From: Rickettsiales bacterium
Lineage (GTDB): Bacteria > Pseudomonadota > Alphaproteobacteria > Rickettsiales > UBA3002
Length of the DNA stretch: 33,370 nucleotides
Reading direction: 5' to 3'
NCBI GenBank assembly: GCA_002725445.1
Contig: PBPD01000059.1
Coordinates: forward strand, 1 to 33,370
Each line of letters starts with the position of its first letter. The stretch's first letter is position 1. Of the stretch, positions 24,525 through 32,885 are shown piece by piece. Made by a program: the position numbers and the translations under genes. A model generated the notes under the pieces. The model searched no databases. It was not told the DNA's origin and saw nothing but the letters and a program-made list of their open reading frames with translations.

Positions 24525-25508
24525 ATGAATATGCACAGTAAACAACAGGTTGCTATGAGTCAGGATATTGCCAGCGGCAAATATGTATTGGAGCAGGAAA
24601 TTAAAGGCCTGCAAGCCGTATCAGATACGCTGGATGAGCGTTTTGAAGCGGTGGTAGAGCTGTTTGCTTCCATCAAAGGGCGCGTGATTATCAGCGGTAT
24701 GGGTAAGAGCGGCCATATTGCAAACAAAATTGCGGCTACCATGGCATCGACGGGCACACCGGCCTTTTTTGTCCATCCAAGCGAAGCAAGCCACGGCGAT
24801 CTGGGAATGATCACGCCGGATGATGCGGTGCTACTGCTTTCCAATTCGGGTGAAACGGCAGAGCTGAGTGATCTGATTGCCTTTACCCGTCGGTTTTCGA
24901 TTCCGCTGGTTGGCATGGTGCGGCGAAGCACGTCCACGCTGGTGGATGCGGCTGACATTGCGATTGTATTGCCTGAAATTCCCGAAGCATCGCCTACCGG
25001 CGCACCCACGACATCTACCGCGATGATGCTGGCTTACGGTGACGCGGTGGCAATCGCCTTGCTGGAGCGCAAAGGCTTCACGCCGGAGGATTTCCATGTG
25101 CTGCATCCGGGGGGTAAGCTGGGCAAAGCCTTCATGCGGGTGAAAGATCTGATGCACGGAGCAGACGAATTGCCATTGGTGCAGACAGACCTGCCCATGC
25201 AGGACGTGCTGATAGAAATGACTGCCAAACGCTTTGGCTGTGTCGGCGTGGTAAACAGCGAAGGCGTATTGCAGGGTATCATTACCGATGGGGACTTGCG
25301 TCGCCATATGGGCGATGATCTGTTGTCGCAAACCGCAGGCGGCGTGATGACGCAAGGCGCAGTGACCACCACCCCTAAAATGCTGGCAGCAGAAGCGCTG
25401 GGTATAATGAATGCCAAAGCTATTACCTGCCTGTTCGCGCTGGATGAAGCGCAAAAGCCCGTTGGCATTATCCACATTCATGATTGCCTGCGTGCAGGGG
25501 TGATGTAA
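24525..25508 (+). CDS. kpsF: Arabinose-5-phosphate isomerase (KpsF/GutQ/KdsD family; SIS plus two CBS domains)
   Basis: SIS domain GRVIISGMGKSGHIANKIAATMASTGTPAFFVHPSEASHGDLGMI..LLLSNSGET, then tandem CBS domains. An alternative start at ATG 24555 is possible. Confidence 0.9.
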   Translation: MNMHSKQQVAMSQDIASGKYVLEQEIKGLQAVSDTLDERFEAVVELFASIKGRVIISGMGKSGHIANKIAATMASTGTPAFFVHPSEASHGDLGMITPDDAVLLLSNSGETAELSDLIAFTRRFSIPLVGMVRRSTSTLVDAADIAIVLPEIPEASPTGAPTTSTAMMLAYGDAVAIALLERKGFTPEDFHVLHPGGKLGKAFMRVKDLMHGADELPLVQTDLPMQDVLIEMTAKRFGCVGVVNSEGVLQGIITDGDLRRHMGDDLLSQTAGGVMTQGAVTTTPKMLAAEALGIMNAKAITCLFALDEAQKPVGIIHIHDCLRAGVM

Positions 25509-26182
25509 TGGCAGAGCGGCCCACAAAACAGGCGAGCAGCCAGGGGTGGGTAAACCGCGAGGCCGACAAACTGCTCGCATCCATTGGTAAATACACGCAA
25601 TTCGTGTTTTTCAGCAAAATGTCGCTGTTGGGGCTGGCGCTGTTGCTGATTCTCACCATCATCATTCTGCCTGTCATCAACGCCGACAAAGAGGGGCTGC
25701 GCATCGCATTCAATAATGCGAAAGAAAAAGCCGAATCGGTGCCTATGATGACTAACCCCAAATTTCAGGGGGTGGACGAGAATAATCAGCCCTATACTAT
25801 CACCGCAAATTCTGCCTTGCAGCATGATGCACAAACCATTGTGCTCGATAAAATTCAGGCTGATATTTTTCTGAAAGATGATGCCTGGATGAATTTGTCG
25901 GCCAATGATGGCACGCTGAATACAACCAATAAATCGCTGCTGCTAAAGGGAAATGTACATATTTTTCATGATGCTGGCTATGAGTTCGTGACCGAGGAAA
26001 TGCATGTCGATATGGATCAGAACAAGGCCTATGGTGATAAGGATGTGCAGGGGAAAGGCCCGATGGGCGTATTACGTGCAACCGGATTTAGCGTGACAGA
26101 CCGTGGTCAGGTGATGCAGTTTAACGGTAGGGTGCACTTAACGGTCTATCCAAATGCAGGAGATGAGAAGAATGATGCGTAA
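25508..26182 (+). CDS. lptC: LPS export system protein LptC
   Basis: The ATG overlaps the kpsF stop (TAATG). One N-terminal TM (MSLLGLALLLILTIIILPVI) is followed by a beta-jellyroll-like region (QPYTITANSA...LLLKGNVHIF...). Position immediately upstream of lptA is consistent. Confidence 0.75.
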   Translation: MAERPTKQASSQGWVNREADKLLASIGKYTQFVFFSKMSLLGLALLLILTIIILPVINADKEGLRIAFNNAKEKAESVPMMTNPKFQGVDENNQPYTITANSALQHDAQTIVLDKIQADIFLKDDAWMNLSANDGTLNTTNKSLLLKGNVHIFHDAGYEFVTEEMHVDMDQNKAYGDKDVQGKGPMGVLRATGFSVTDRGQVMQFNGRVHLTVYPNAGDEKNDA

Positions 26183-26696
26183 CATGCTGGCTGGAATGGT
26201 GATGGTATTGCTGCCATGTGTGGCTATGGCGCAAGCCCCGGCGCTGGATAGCGACCAGCCGATTGAGATAACAGCAGACTCTCTGGAAGTGCTGCAAGAG
26301 CAGCAGCGTGCCATCTTCCGTGGCAATGTAGAGGCGCAGCAGGGCAATATTGACATGAATTCCGACACCATGACCGTGTTCTACAAAGGCGGCGGTGGTG
26401 CTGCGATGGGGAGCAAGATTTCCAAGATCGAAGCCACAGGCAATGTGTTCTTTGCCGCACCTCAGGAAACTGCTCGCGGTGAGCAGGCGATCTATGATGT
26501 GGATAGCGAAATGATCTATCTGACCGGCAACGTCGTGCTCACCCGCGATAAAAATGTACTAAAAGGTAGTAAATTAGAATATAATCTCGCCAGCGGCCGT
26601 AGTGTGTTGACGGGTGGCGTGACAACCACAACCGATGGCACTAAAACACAAGGCGGGCGTGTGCGCGGCTTATTCGTGCCGGATAACGCAAAATAA
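26172..26696 (+). CDS. lptA: LPS transport periplasmic protein LptA (OstA N-terminal family)
   Basis: Signal peptide MMRNMLAGMVMVLLPCVAMAQA, then PIEITADSLEVLQEQQRAIFRGNVEAQQGNIDMNSDTMTVFY...ATGNV...YLTGNVVLTRDKNVLKGSKLEYNL. I chose ATG 26172 (GGAG 9 nt upstream) over 26154. Confidence 0.85.
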   Translation: MMRNMLAGMVMVLLPCVAMAQAPALDSDQPIEITADSLEVLQEQQRAIFRGNVEAQQGNIDMNSDTMTVFYKGGGGAAMGSKISKIEATGNVFFAAPQETARGEQAIYDVDSEMIYLTGNVVLTRDKNVLKGSKLEYNLASGRSVLTGGVTTTTDGTKTQGGRVRGLFVPDNAK

Positions 26697-26740
26697 CAGG
26701 CTGGGTTTTCACAGCTGACGCAAAAGAATAAGGAGACGGC

Positions 26741-27586
26741 ATGGCTTGGCTAAGCCTTGTTAAATCAGAAAAAAACAATGCATCTGCCCCCGATTTTGGG
26801 CCGGGCGATGCGCGCGGTGAGTCGTCGGGTGACGACGAGCACAAACCCGCTTTGGTAGATACTCAGTCAGGGCTGGCCGTGTCTAATCTTGGCAAGCAAT
26901 ATGCCAAGCGCCCAGTGGTACGAAATGTCAGCTTGTCGGTGAATCGTGGCGAGGCTGTGGGGCTGCTTGGGCCGAACGGTGCAGGTAAAACGACCTGTTT
27001 TTACATGATTACAGGGTTGGTGCAGCCCAATTACGGTAGCATCTATCTGGATGGAACGGACATCACCAACCTGCCAATGTATCGGCGCGCGCGGTTGGGT
27101 ATTGGTTATTTGCCGCAGGAAGCATCGATCTTTCGTGGTATGACCGTGGAACAGAATATCATGTCGGTGCTTGAGGTGAGCGAGCCGGTAGCCGATGTGC
27201 GCCAAAGCATGCTGGAAGAGTTGATGGCCGAATTTTCGGTGACGCATTTGCGTCAATCGCCCGCGCTTGGTTTGTCGGGTGGTGAGCGCCGCCGCGTGGA
27301 AATTGCCCGTGCACTGGCCAGTCGCCCTTCTTTTATTCTGCTGGATGAGCCGTTAGCGGGTATCGACCCGATCGCTATTTCCGATGTACGCGATTTGGTA
27401 AGCCACCTGAAAGACCGCGGCATTGGCGTGTTGATTACCGACCATAATGTGCGTGAAACGCTGGATATCATTGACCGTGCCTACATCATCCACGATGGAA
27501 CCGTGCTGAAAGAAGGCTCGCCGGATGACATTGTGAATGACGTAGATGTGCGTCGGGTATATCTGGGAGAAAAATTCAGTTTGTAG
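26741..27586 (+). CDS. lptB: LPS export ABC transporter ATP-binding protein LptB (with about 45-aa N-terminal extension)
   Basis: Walker A GPNGAGKTT, Q-loop YLPQEASIF, signature LSGGERRRVEIARAL, Walker B ILLDEP, H-loop ITDHN. The strong SD AAGGAG 5 nt before ATG 26741 supports the extension. Confidence 0.93.
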   Translation: MAWLSLVKSEKNNASAPDFGPGDARGESSGDDEHKPALVDTQSGLAVSNLGKQYAKRPVVRNVSLSVNRGEAVGLLGPNGAGKTTCFYMITGLVQPNYGSIYLDGTDITNLPMYRRARLGIGYLPQEASIFRGMTVEQNIMSVLEVSEPVADVRQSMLEELMAEFSVTHLRQSPALGLSGGERRRVEIARALASRPSFILLDEPLAGIDPIAISDVRDLVSHLKDRGIGVLITDHNVRETLDIIDRAYIIHDGTVLKEGSPDDIVNDVDVRRVYLGEKFSL

Positions 27587-27589
27587 TGT

Positions 27590-29098
27590 ATGGCACACGA
27601 GCAAAAACTTGAGATACGCCAAAGCCAATCGCTGGTAATGACCACCCAGCTGCAGCAATCTATTAAGCTGCTGCAACTCTCCTCCATGGAATTAAATGCC
27701 TTTGTTGCCGAAGAGCTGGAGAAAAACCCGTTGCTGGCACGCGAGGATAGCGACCGGCTGGAAGCAACCGGCACAGAACAAACCCCTGAAGACCGTGATG
27801 CAGAACGTTCTGCGCAATCTGACGAGCGCGGCGACAATGACGACACGCAAACCAGCCGCAGTGATGCGCTGGATGATCAGGGCACCAGCGGCTGGCAGGA
27901 AGACAGTGAATATCGCAGCCAGTCAGTCGGGCGCAAAGACGTGGCCACACGTGCAAGCGGTGGTGGCGGGGGCGATAGTTCGGACTATATTGAGCAGACC
28001 GTCTCGTCCGAGATATCGCTGCGCGATCACCTGTTTGAGCAGCTTCAGGTGGATATTGAAGACCCGCTCAAGCGTATGATTGGCGCGCAGCTGATTGATA
28101 TGATCGACGAGTCGGGCTATCTGCGCGACGATATGGATAGTCTGGCCGAAACGCTGAATGCCGAAGAAGCGCTGATTGAGGAAACCATACAGGAATTGCA
28201 GCAATTCGATCCGGCAGGCATTTTTGCGCGCAGCTTGCAGGAATGTCTGAGCCTGCAATTGAAAGACAAAAACCTCTACGATCCCATCATGCAAACCTTT
28301 GTAGAAAATATTGAGTTAATGGGGCGCGGAGAGCTGCAAAAATTGCAAAAACTGTGCGGGGTGGACGGAGAAGAATTCGCAGATTTGCTGAGGGACATCC
28401 GCCGTATGAACCCTAAGCCGGCCAGTCAATTCATCAACGATGCCGCGCAGGCGATTGAACCAGACGTGCTGGTGCGTCGTGGTAAGGGGGGCAAATGGCT
28501 GATTGAGCTGAATAGCGATACATTGCCGCGTGTGTTGTTAAACCAGCATTATTTTGCCGAGCTGGATGCCAAGGCGCGAGACAAAGAAGCCAAAAAATAC
28601 CTCAACGAGCAATTTTCCAATGCAAGCTGGCTGGTGCGGGCACTGGATCAGCGGGCGAACACCATATTGAAGGTGGCCACCGAACTGGTGAAGCAGCAAG
28701 AAAAGTTTTTGCTATATGGCATTCGTTTTCTGAAGCCACTTACCCTGAAAGATATCGCGTTGGCGGTGGATATGCATGAGAGCACGATTAGCCGGGTCAC
28801 TACCAATAAATTTATGTCGACACCGCGTGGTATTTTCGAGCTGAAATATTTCTTTACCTCTTCCTTGGCGGGGGCCAGCGGCGGCACGGAATATTCCAGC
28901 AAAACCGTGATGTTCTACATCAAAGAATATATCGACAAAGAAGACCCCAAGAAGATCCTTTCCGATGATGCCATCGTCGAAAAACTGAAAGAACGTAATA
29001 TCGAGGTGGCACGCCGTACTGTAGCTAAGTACCGTGAGGCGATGCATATCCCGTCATCGGTGGTGCGTCGTCGCGAAAAAGCACATCTGGTCAGCTAG
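27590..29098 (+). CDS. rpoN: RNA polymerase sigma-54 factor
   Basis: Region I LEIRQSQSLVMTTQLQQSIKLLQLSSMEL, acidic region II, HTH, and the RpoN box ARRTVAKYRE. Confidence 0.97.
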   Translation: MAHEQKLEIRQSQSLVMTTQLQQSIKLLQLSSMELNAFVAEELEKNPLLAREDSDRLEATGTEQTPEDRDAERSAQSDERGDNDDTQTSRSDALDDQGTSGWQEDSEYRSQSVGRKDVATRASGGGGGDSSDYIEQTVSSEISLRDHLFEQLQVDIEDPLKRMIGAQLIDMIDESGYLRDDMDSLAETLNAEEALIEETIQELQQFDPAGIFARSLQECLSLQLKDKNLYDPIMQTFVENIELMGRGELQKLQKLCGVDGEEFADLLRDIRRMNPKPASQFINDAAQAIEPDVLVRRGKGGKWLIELNSDTLPRVLLNQHYFAELDAKARDKEAKKYLNEQFSNASWLVRALDQRANTILKVATELVKQQEKFLLYGIRFLKPLTLKDIALAVDMHESTISRVTTNKFMSTPRGIFELKYFFTSSLAGASGGTEYSSKTVMFYIKEYIDKEDPKKILSDDAIVEKLKERNIEVARRTVAKYREAMHIPSSVVRRREKAHLVS

Positions 29099-29160
29099 CC
29101 AGATATGGTTGCAATCGCGCAGGCCTCTGCTAAAACTAAAAAGAAACACAGAATGAATCT

Positions 29161-30375
29161 ATGACCGAAGCCCTCGAATCGCGCATTGCCCAGTTGGAAG
29201 CCCAGCTAGCCGCTCTTTCAACTCAGTCCGCTCCTGAAGCCGACCACGACGCTGCCGTGCAGGAAATGACCGACGAACTGGTCGCCAGCCTGTCCGATTT
29301 TGGGCCTATTCAGCCTTTGCTGGAAGATGATTCCATAAACGATATTCTTATCAACGGTGCTAAGCAGATCTATGTAGAGCGCAATGGCCGTTTGGAGCTG
29401 ACCGATGTCACCTATCCCGATGAGGCGGCAGTACTGGAGATAGCCGATAAGATTGTGCGTATGGTGGGGCGTAGCCTGAACCGTAACCGTCCCTTGGTTG
29501 ATGCGCGTCTGAGTGATGGTAGTCGTGTGAATATTATTGCGCCACCGCTGGCGGTGGATGGCACATCCATCTCGATTCGTAAATTCGCCAAGAATATTAT
29601 CACGCTGGACGCGATGCGCGATCAGCAGAATGTGTCGCAGGCCTTGTGCGATTTTCTGAAAGTAGTTGGGCGTTGCCGCCTGAATGTAATGATCTCCGGC
29701 GGTACCGGTTCTGGTAAGACGACATTGCTTAATGCGGTGTCGCAAAATATTGATGATTGGGAGCGCGTGGTTACCATCGAGGACGCCGCCGAATTGCGCT
29801 TGCAGCAGCCGCATGTGGTACGCCTGGAAACCAAGCCGGTGTCATTTGGCCGCAGGCGCGAGGAAGAAGTCTCGATGCGTGATCTGGTGAAAAATGCGCT
29901 GCGTATGCGCCCTGACCGCATTATCGTGGGTGAGGTGCGTGGTGCCGAAGCATTCGACATGATGCAAGCCATGAATACGGGCCATGAAGGCTCACTTACC
30001 ACCATCCACGCCAACCACCCGCGCGATGCGTTGTCACGTTTGGAGAATATGATCAATATGGCGAATCTGAATTTGCCGATGAATTCAATTCGCTATCAGA
30101 TATCTTCGGCGATTAATTTGATTATTCAGGTCAGCCGCATGCGCGATGGCCACCGCCGCATCACCTACGTGTCCGAGATTGTGGGTATGGAAGGCGATAC
30201 CATTACTATGCAGGATTTGTTCACCTATAATATTGCCGGTGAAGGCGCTGACGGCAAACTACAAGGCCAGTTCGAATGGACAGGTATTATGCCGCGCTTT
30301 ATTCGCCGGGCAGCGTATTATGGTGAGGCTGACAGGCTGGCAAATGCGCTGGGCGTAAAATTGCCTGCAATGTAG
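29161..30375 (+). CDS. CpaF/TadA-family secretion ATPase (type II/IV secretion NTPase), orphan
   Basis: INDILINGAKQIYVERNGRLE..., Walker A ISGGTGSGKTTLLNA, Asp box VVTIEDAAEL, Walker B RPDRIIVGEVRGAEAFDM, His box NTGHEGSLTTIHAN. No tadB/tadC, pilin or secretin genes are in the window. Confidence 0.85.
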   Translation: MTEALESRIAQLEAQLAALSTQSAPEADHDAAVQEMTDELVASLSDFGPIQPLLEDDSINDILINGAKQIYVERNGRLELTDVTYPDEAAVLEIADKIVRMVGRSLNRNRPLVDARLSDGSRVNIIAPPLAVDGTSISIRKFAKNIITLDAMRDQQNVSQALCDFLKVVGRCRLNVMISGGTGSGKTTLLNAVSQNIDDWERVVTIEDAAELRLQQPHVVRLETKPVSFGRRREEEVSMRDLVKNALRMRPDRIIVGEVRGAEAFDMMQAMNTGHEGSLTTIHANHPRDALSRLENMINMANLNLPMNSIRYQISSAINLIIQVSRMRDGHRRITYVSEIVGMEGDTITMQDLFTYNIAGEGADGKLQGQFEWTGIMPRFIRRAAYYGEADRLANALGVKLPAM

Positions 30376-30437
30376 ACTGAATGCACCGATCCGGCTTGGA
30401 GAAAGAAGTTTTTTGCGCTAAAATGACTAATTGGAAA

Positions 30438-30465
30438 TTGACAAACGCATATCTATCGTTAACTA
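30438..30465 (+). promoter_or_regulatory. Candidate sigma-70 promoter for hpf (TTGACA-16 nt-TAACTA)
   Basis: TTGACA at 30438-30443, a 16-nt spacer, and TAACTA at 30460-30465, about 28 nt upstream of the hpf ATG. The -10 element is weak. Confidence 0.3.
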
Positions 30466-30492
30466 CAACATCAACAAACTAGCGAGGCAGGA

Positions 30493-31092
30493 ATGACAGA
30501 CGTTCGCATTAATATTACTGGTAAAAAAATGGAGTTGGGTGAATCGCTCCAATCGCACATCGAAAACCGTTTGAACGACGTGTTCAGCAAATATCTGGAC
30601 AAAGTCAATGCTGCCGAAGTGGTGGTGACGAAAGAAGCGCATCTTTTCCGTTGTGACATTCAGGCGAATATTGGCACGCATTCAGGTGTGCAGATTAAGA
30701 GCCGTGGCGAGCTGGAAGATGTGTATGGCGCATTTGATGCCGCTGCTGAGAAATGTGAGAAGCAACTGCGCCGCTACAAGCGCCGCATTACCAACCATAA
30801 CAAGCAACGTGCTGAGCAGGAAGCGGCTGTACGTCAGGCCGTGCAATATACACTGGCGCCTGAGCAAGAAGACGAGTTGGCAGAAGAAGGCGGACCAGCA
30901 GTGATTGCTGAAATTCCAACGCAGATTGACACCCTGACCGTAAGTGAGGCGGTGATGCGCATGGATTTGGAAGATTTGCCAGCGCTTACCTTCTATAATT
31001 CTGCGAATGGTAAGATCAATTTTGTCTATCGCCGCCCGGATGGGAATATCTCTTGGGTGGATGTGCATGACGCGGCAGAAGCCGCCGCCTAG
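30493..31092 (+). CDS. hpf: Ribosome hibernation promoting factor, long form (sigma-54 modulation protein family)
   Basis: N-terminal domain INITGKKMELGESLQSHIENRL...YLDKV..AEVVV.KE...F.C.I; C-terminal dimerisation domain TLTVSEAVMRMDLEDLPALTFYNSANGKINFVYRRPDGNISWVD. Confidence 0.92.
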   Translation: MTDVRINITGKKMELGESLQSHIENRLNDVFSKYLDKVNAAEVVVTKEAHLFRCDIQANIGTHSGVQIKSRGELEDVYGAFDAAAEKCEKQLRRYKRRITNHNKQRAEQEAAVRQAVQYTLAPEQEDELAEEGGPAVIAEIPTQIDTLTVSEAVMRMDLEDLPALTFYNSANGKINFVYRRPDGNISWVDVHDAAEAAA

Positions 31093-31128
31093 CGCCTTTA
31101 CGACTAAAAAAAGCACACACATTATCTT

Positions 31129-31581
31129 ATGAATATTGCTGAATTACTCACGCGCGATTCTATTCTATTGCATGTGCCGGCGGGCAGTCAGCGTCAGGCA
31201 TTGCAGCAGATTGCAGCGCACGCCTCGCAAATGACGGAAATACGCGAACGCACATTGCTGGATGGATTGGTCGAGCGTGAGCGATTGGGCAGTACGGCTG
31301 TGGGCGATGGTGTGGCCATTCCGCATGCACGTTTCGCCGGATTGAATAAAGTGTATGGTTTTTTCATTCGCTTGCAGGAAGGGGTAGAGTTTGACGCCCC
31401 GGACGACAAGAAAGTCGATCTGATTTTCGCCTTGCTGGCACCTGAGAGTGCGAATGCAGAACATTTGAAAGTGCTGGCGCGTATTTCCCGCATTTTGCGT
31501 GACGAAAATAATTGCTCGCTATTACGCCAGCAGGATTCCAAAGACCAGATATTCGAGTTGCTCACTTCCGAGGATCAGTAA
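31129..31581 (+). CDS. ptsN: PTS-Ntr enzyme IIA (EIIA-Ntr)
   Basis: 150 aa. LGSTAVGDGVAIPHARF contains the phosphorylatable His. Position downstream of rpoN-hpf is conserved. Confidence 0.92.
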   Translation: MNIAELLTRDSILLHVPAGSQRQALQQIAAHASQMTEIRERTLLDGLVERERLGSTAVGDGVAIPHARFAGLNKVYGFFIRLQEGVEFDAPDDKKVDLIFALLAPESANAEHLKVLARISRILRDENNCSLLRQQDSKDQIFELLTSEDQ

Positions 31582-32040
31582 ATGCAGTGCCATGCCAGCT
31601 GTGTGAAATGGTTTGGCAACGGCATTTTGTTGCTGGGTGAGAGCGGGGCAGGCAAATCAGAGGCGGCGTTGCGCCTGCTGCATGCTGGCGCTGAGCTGGT
31701 GGCCGATGACATTACCCTGCTACGTGAAAAAGACGGAAAACTACTAGCTAGCGCTCCCACTTCGTTGCAAGGAATGCTGGAGGTGCGCGGCGTAGGCATT
31801 TTGCGCTATCCATACGTTGCGGAAAGTGCCGTGCATGTGGCCGTCGCGCTAGGGGAAGAGGAGCGGTTGCCCGCTCAAAACGCGCGTCCGTTTGGCGGGG
31901 TGACGTTGCCTGTTCTCACATTGAATCACCATCATGCTATGTTTGCCGATAAAGTGCGCGCAGCGCTCCATGCACTGCAAGAGCCTGCGCATATAGATGT
32001 GGGATTTTCGGCAGAGTCAGCCACAGAAAAGGCGAGTTGA
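31582..32040 (+). CDS. hprK: HPr kinase/phosphorylase, C-terminal-domain-only alphaproteobacterial form
   Basis: 152 aa. P-loop LLLGESGAGKSEAAL, ELVADD, and signature LEVRGVGIL. The ATG immediately follows the ptsN TAA (TAAATG). Confidence 0.88.
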   Translation: MQCHASCVKWFGNGILLLGESGAGKSEAALRLLHAGAELVADDITLLREKDGKLLASAPTSLQGMLEVRGVGILRYPYVAESAVHVAVALGEEERLPAQNARPFGGVTLPVLTLNHHHAMFADKVRAALHALQEPAHIDVGFSAESATEKAS

Positions 32041-32095
32041 TGCCCGTATTGTCGAGAAGACTTGCATAACGCTTAAAATAGGTTAGACAAGTCGA

Positions 32096-32497
32096 ATGAT
32101 CGGTATCGTACTAGTAACGCACGGAAATTTGGCGCGCGAGTTTATCGCCATTGCGGAGCATGTGGTGGGCCCGCAAACCAATTTGTATCCTGTGTGTATT
32201 GAGCCAGATGACAATATGGAAAACCGGCGCGACGATATTATTGCGGCGGTAAAGCATGTGGATGATGGGCATGGCGTGGTGTTGCTGACAGATATGTTCG
32301 GTGGCACGCCTTCTAACCTTGCGATTTCTGTAATGGGTGAGGGGCAGGTGGAAGTGATTGCGGGCATAAACCTGCCTATGATCATCAAGTTGCTGAGTGT
32401 GCGCAATGCTTTGCCTATCCAACAGGCAGTACTGGCGGCGCAGGAATCTGGACGTAAATACATCAACGTAGCAAGCAATTTACTGAAGCGGGGGTAG
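32096..32497 (+). CDS. PTS EIIA component, mannose/fructose family (EIIA-Man-like)
   Basis: 133 aa. MIGIVLVTHGNLAREF contains the active-site His. VLLTDMFGGTPSN and AGINLPM are typical of EIIA-Man. Confidence 0.88.
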   Translation: MIGIVLVTHGNLAREFIAIAEHVVGPQTNLYPVCIEPDDNMENRRDDIIAAVKHVDDGHGVVLLTDMFGGTPSNLAISVMGEGQVEVIAGINLPMIIKLLSVRNALPIQQAVLAAQESGRKYINVASNLLKRG

Positions 32498-32500
32498 CAT

Positions 32501-32812
32501 ATGCCTCAGGCAAAACGCGTTGCAACCATCTCCAATAAAAAAGGATTACATGCCCGGGCGGCGGCAAAATTTGTCAAGAAAGCGAGCGAGTTTCGTGCTA
32601 TAATATCGGTAACACGATTAGGCACGCCGCCTGAGGGCTTACAGGATGAGGATATGGAGTGGACGGTTTCGGCTACCTCCATATTGGGGCTGATGATGTT
32701 GGCTGCAGAACCCGGTACAGAGCTGGAGTTGCAGGCCGACGGAGAAGATGCCGAAGCAGCAGTGCAAGCGCTGCAAAACCTTATCGATGCTAAGTTCGAC
32801 GAAGGCGAATAA
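32501..32812 (+). CDS. HPr-family phosphocarrier protein (NPr-like) with internal insertion
   Basis: ISNKKGLHARAAAKFV (His15 equivalent), SATSILGLMMLAA (Ser46 region), and ELQADGEDAEAAVQALQNLI. It has about 12 extra residues (LGTPPEGLQDEDMEW) compared with typical 88-92-aa HPr/NPr. Confidence 0.85.
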   Translation: MPQAKRVATISNKKGLHARAAAKFVKKASEFRAIISVTRLGTPPEGLQDEDMEWTVSATSILGLMMLAAEPGTELELQADGEDAEAAVQALQNLIDAKFDEGE

Positions 32813-32885
32813 TTCTGCGTGCATTAAACAGTTGAAAAAGCGTGGCTCTATGCCATGTTAAAATAAAAATACGCAGGGAGTAATT

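Noticed and set aside
29129-29139. Possible direct repeats flanking the CpaF-like gene: GCTAAAACTAA at 29129-29139 versus GCTAAAATGACTAA at 30417-30430.
   Set aside because: Only a 7-nt exact core, with an indel needed to align the rest. This is well within chance expectation for AT-rich intergenic DNA.
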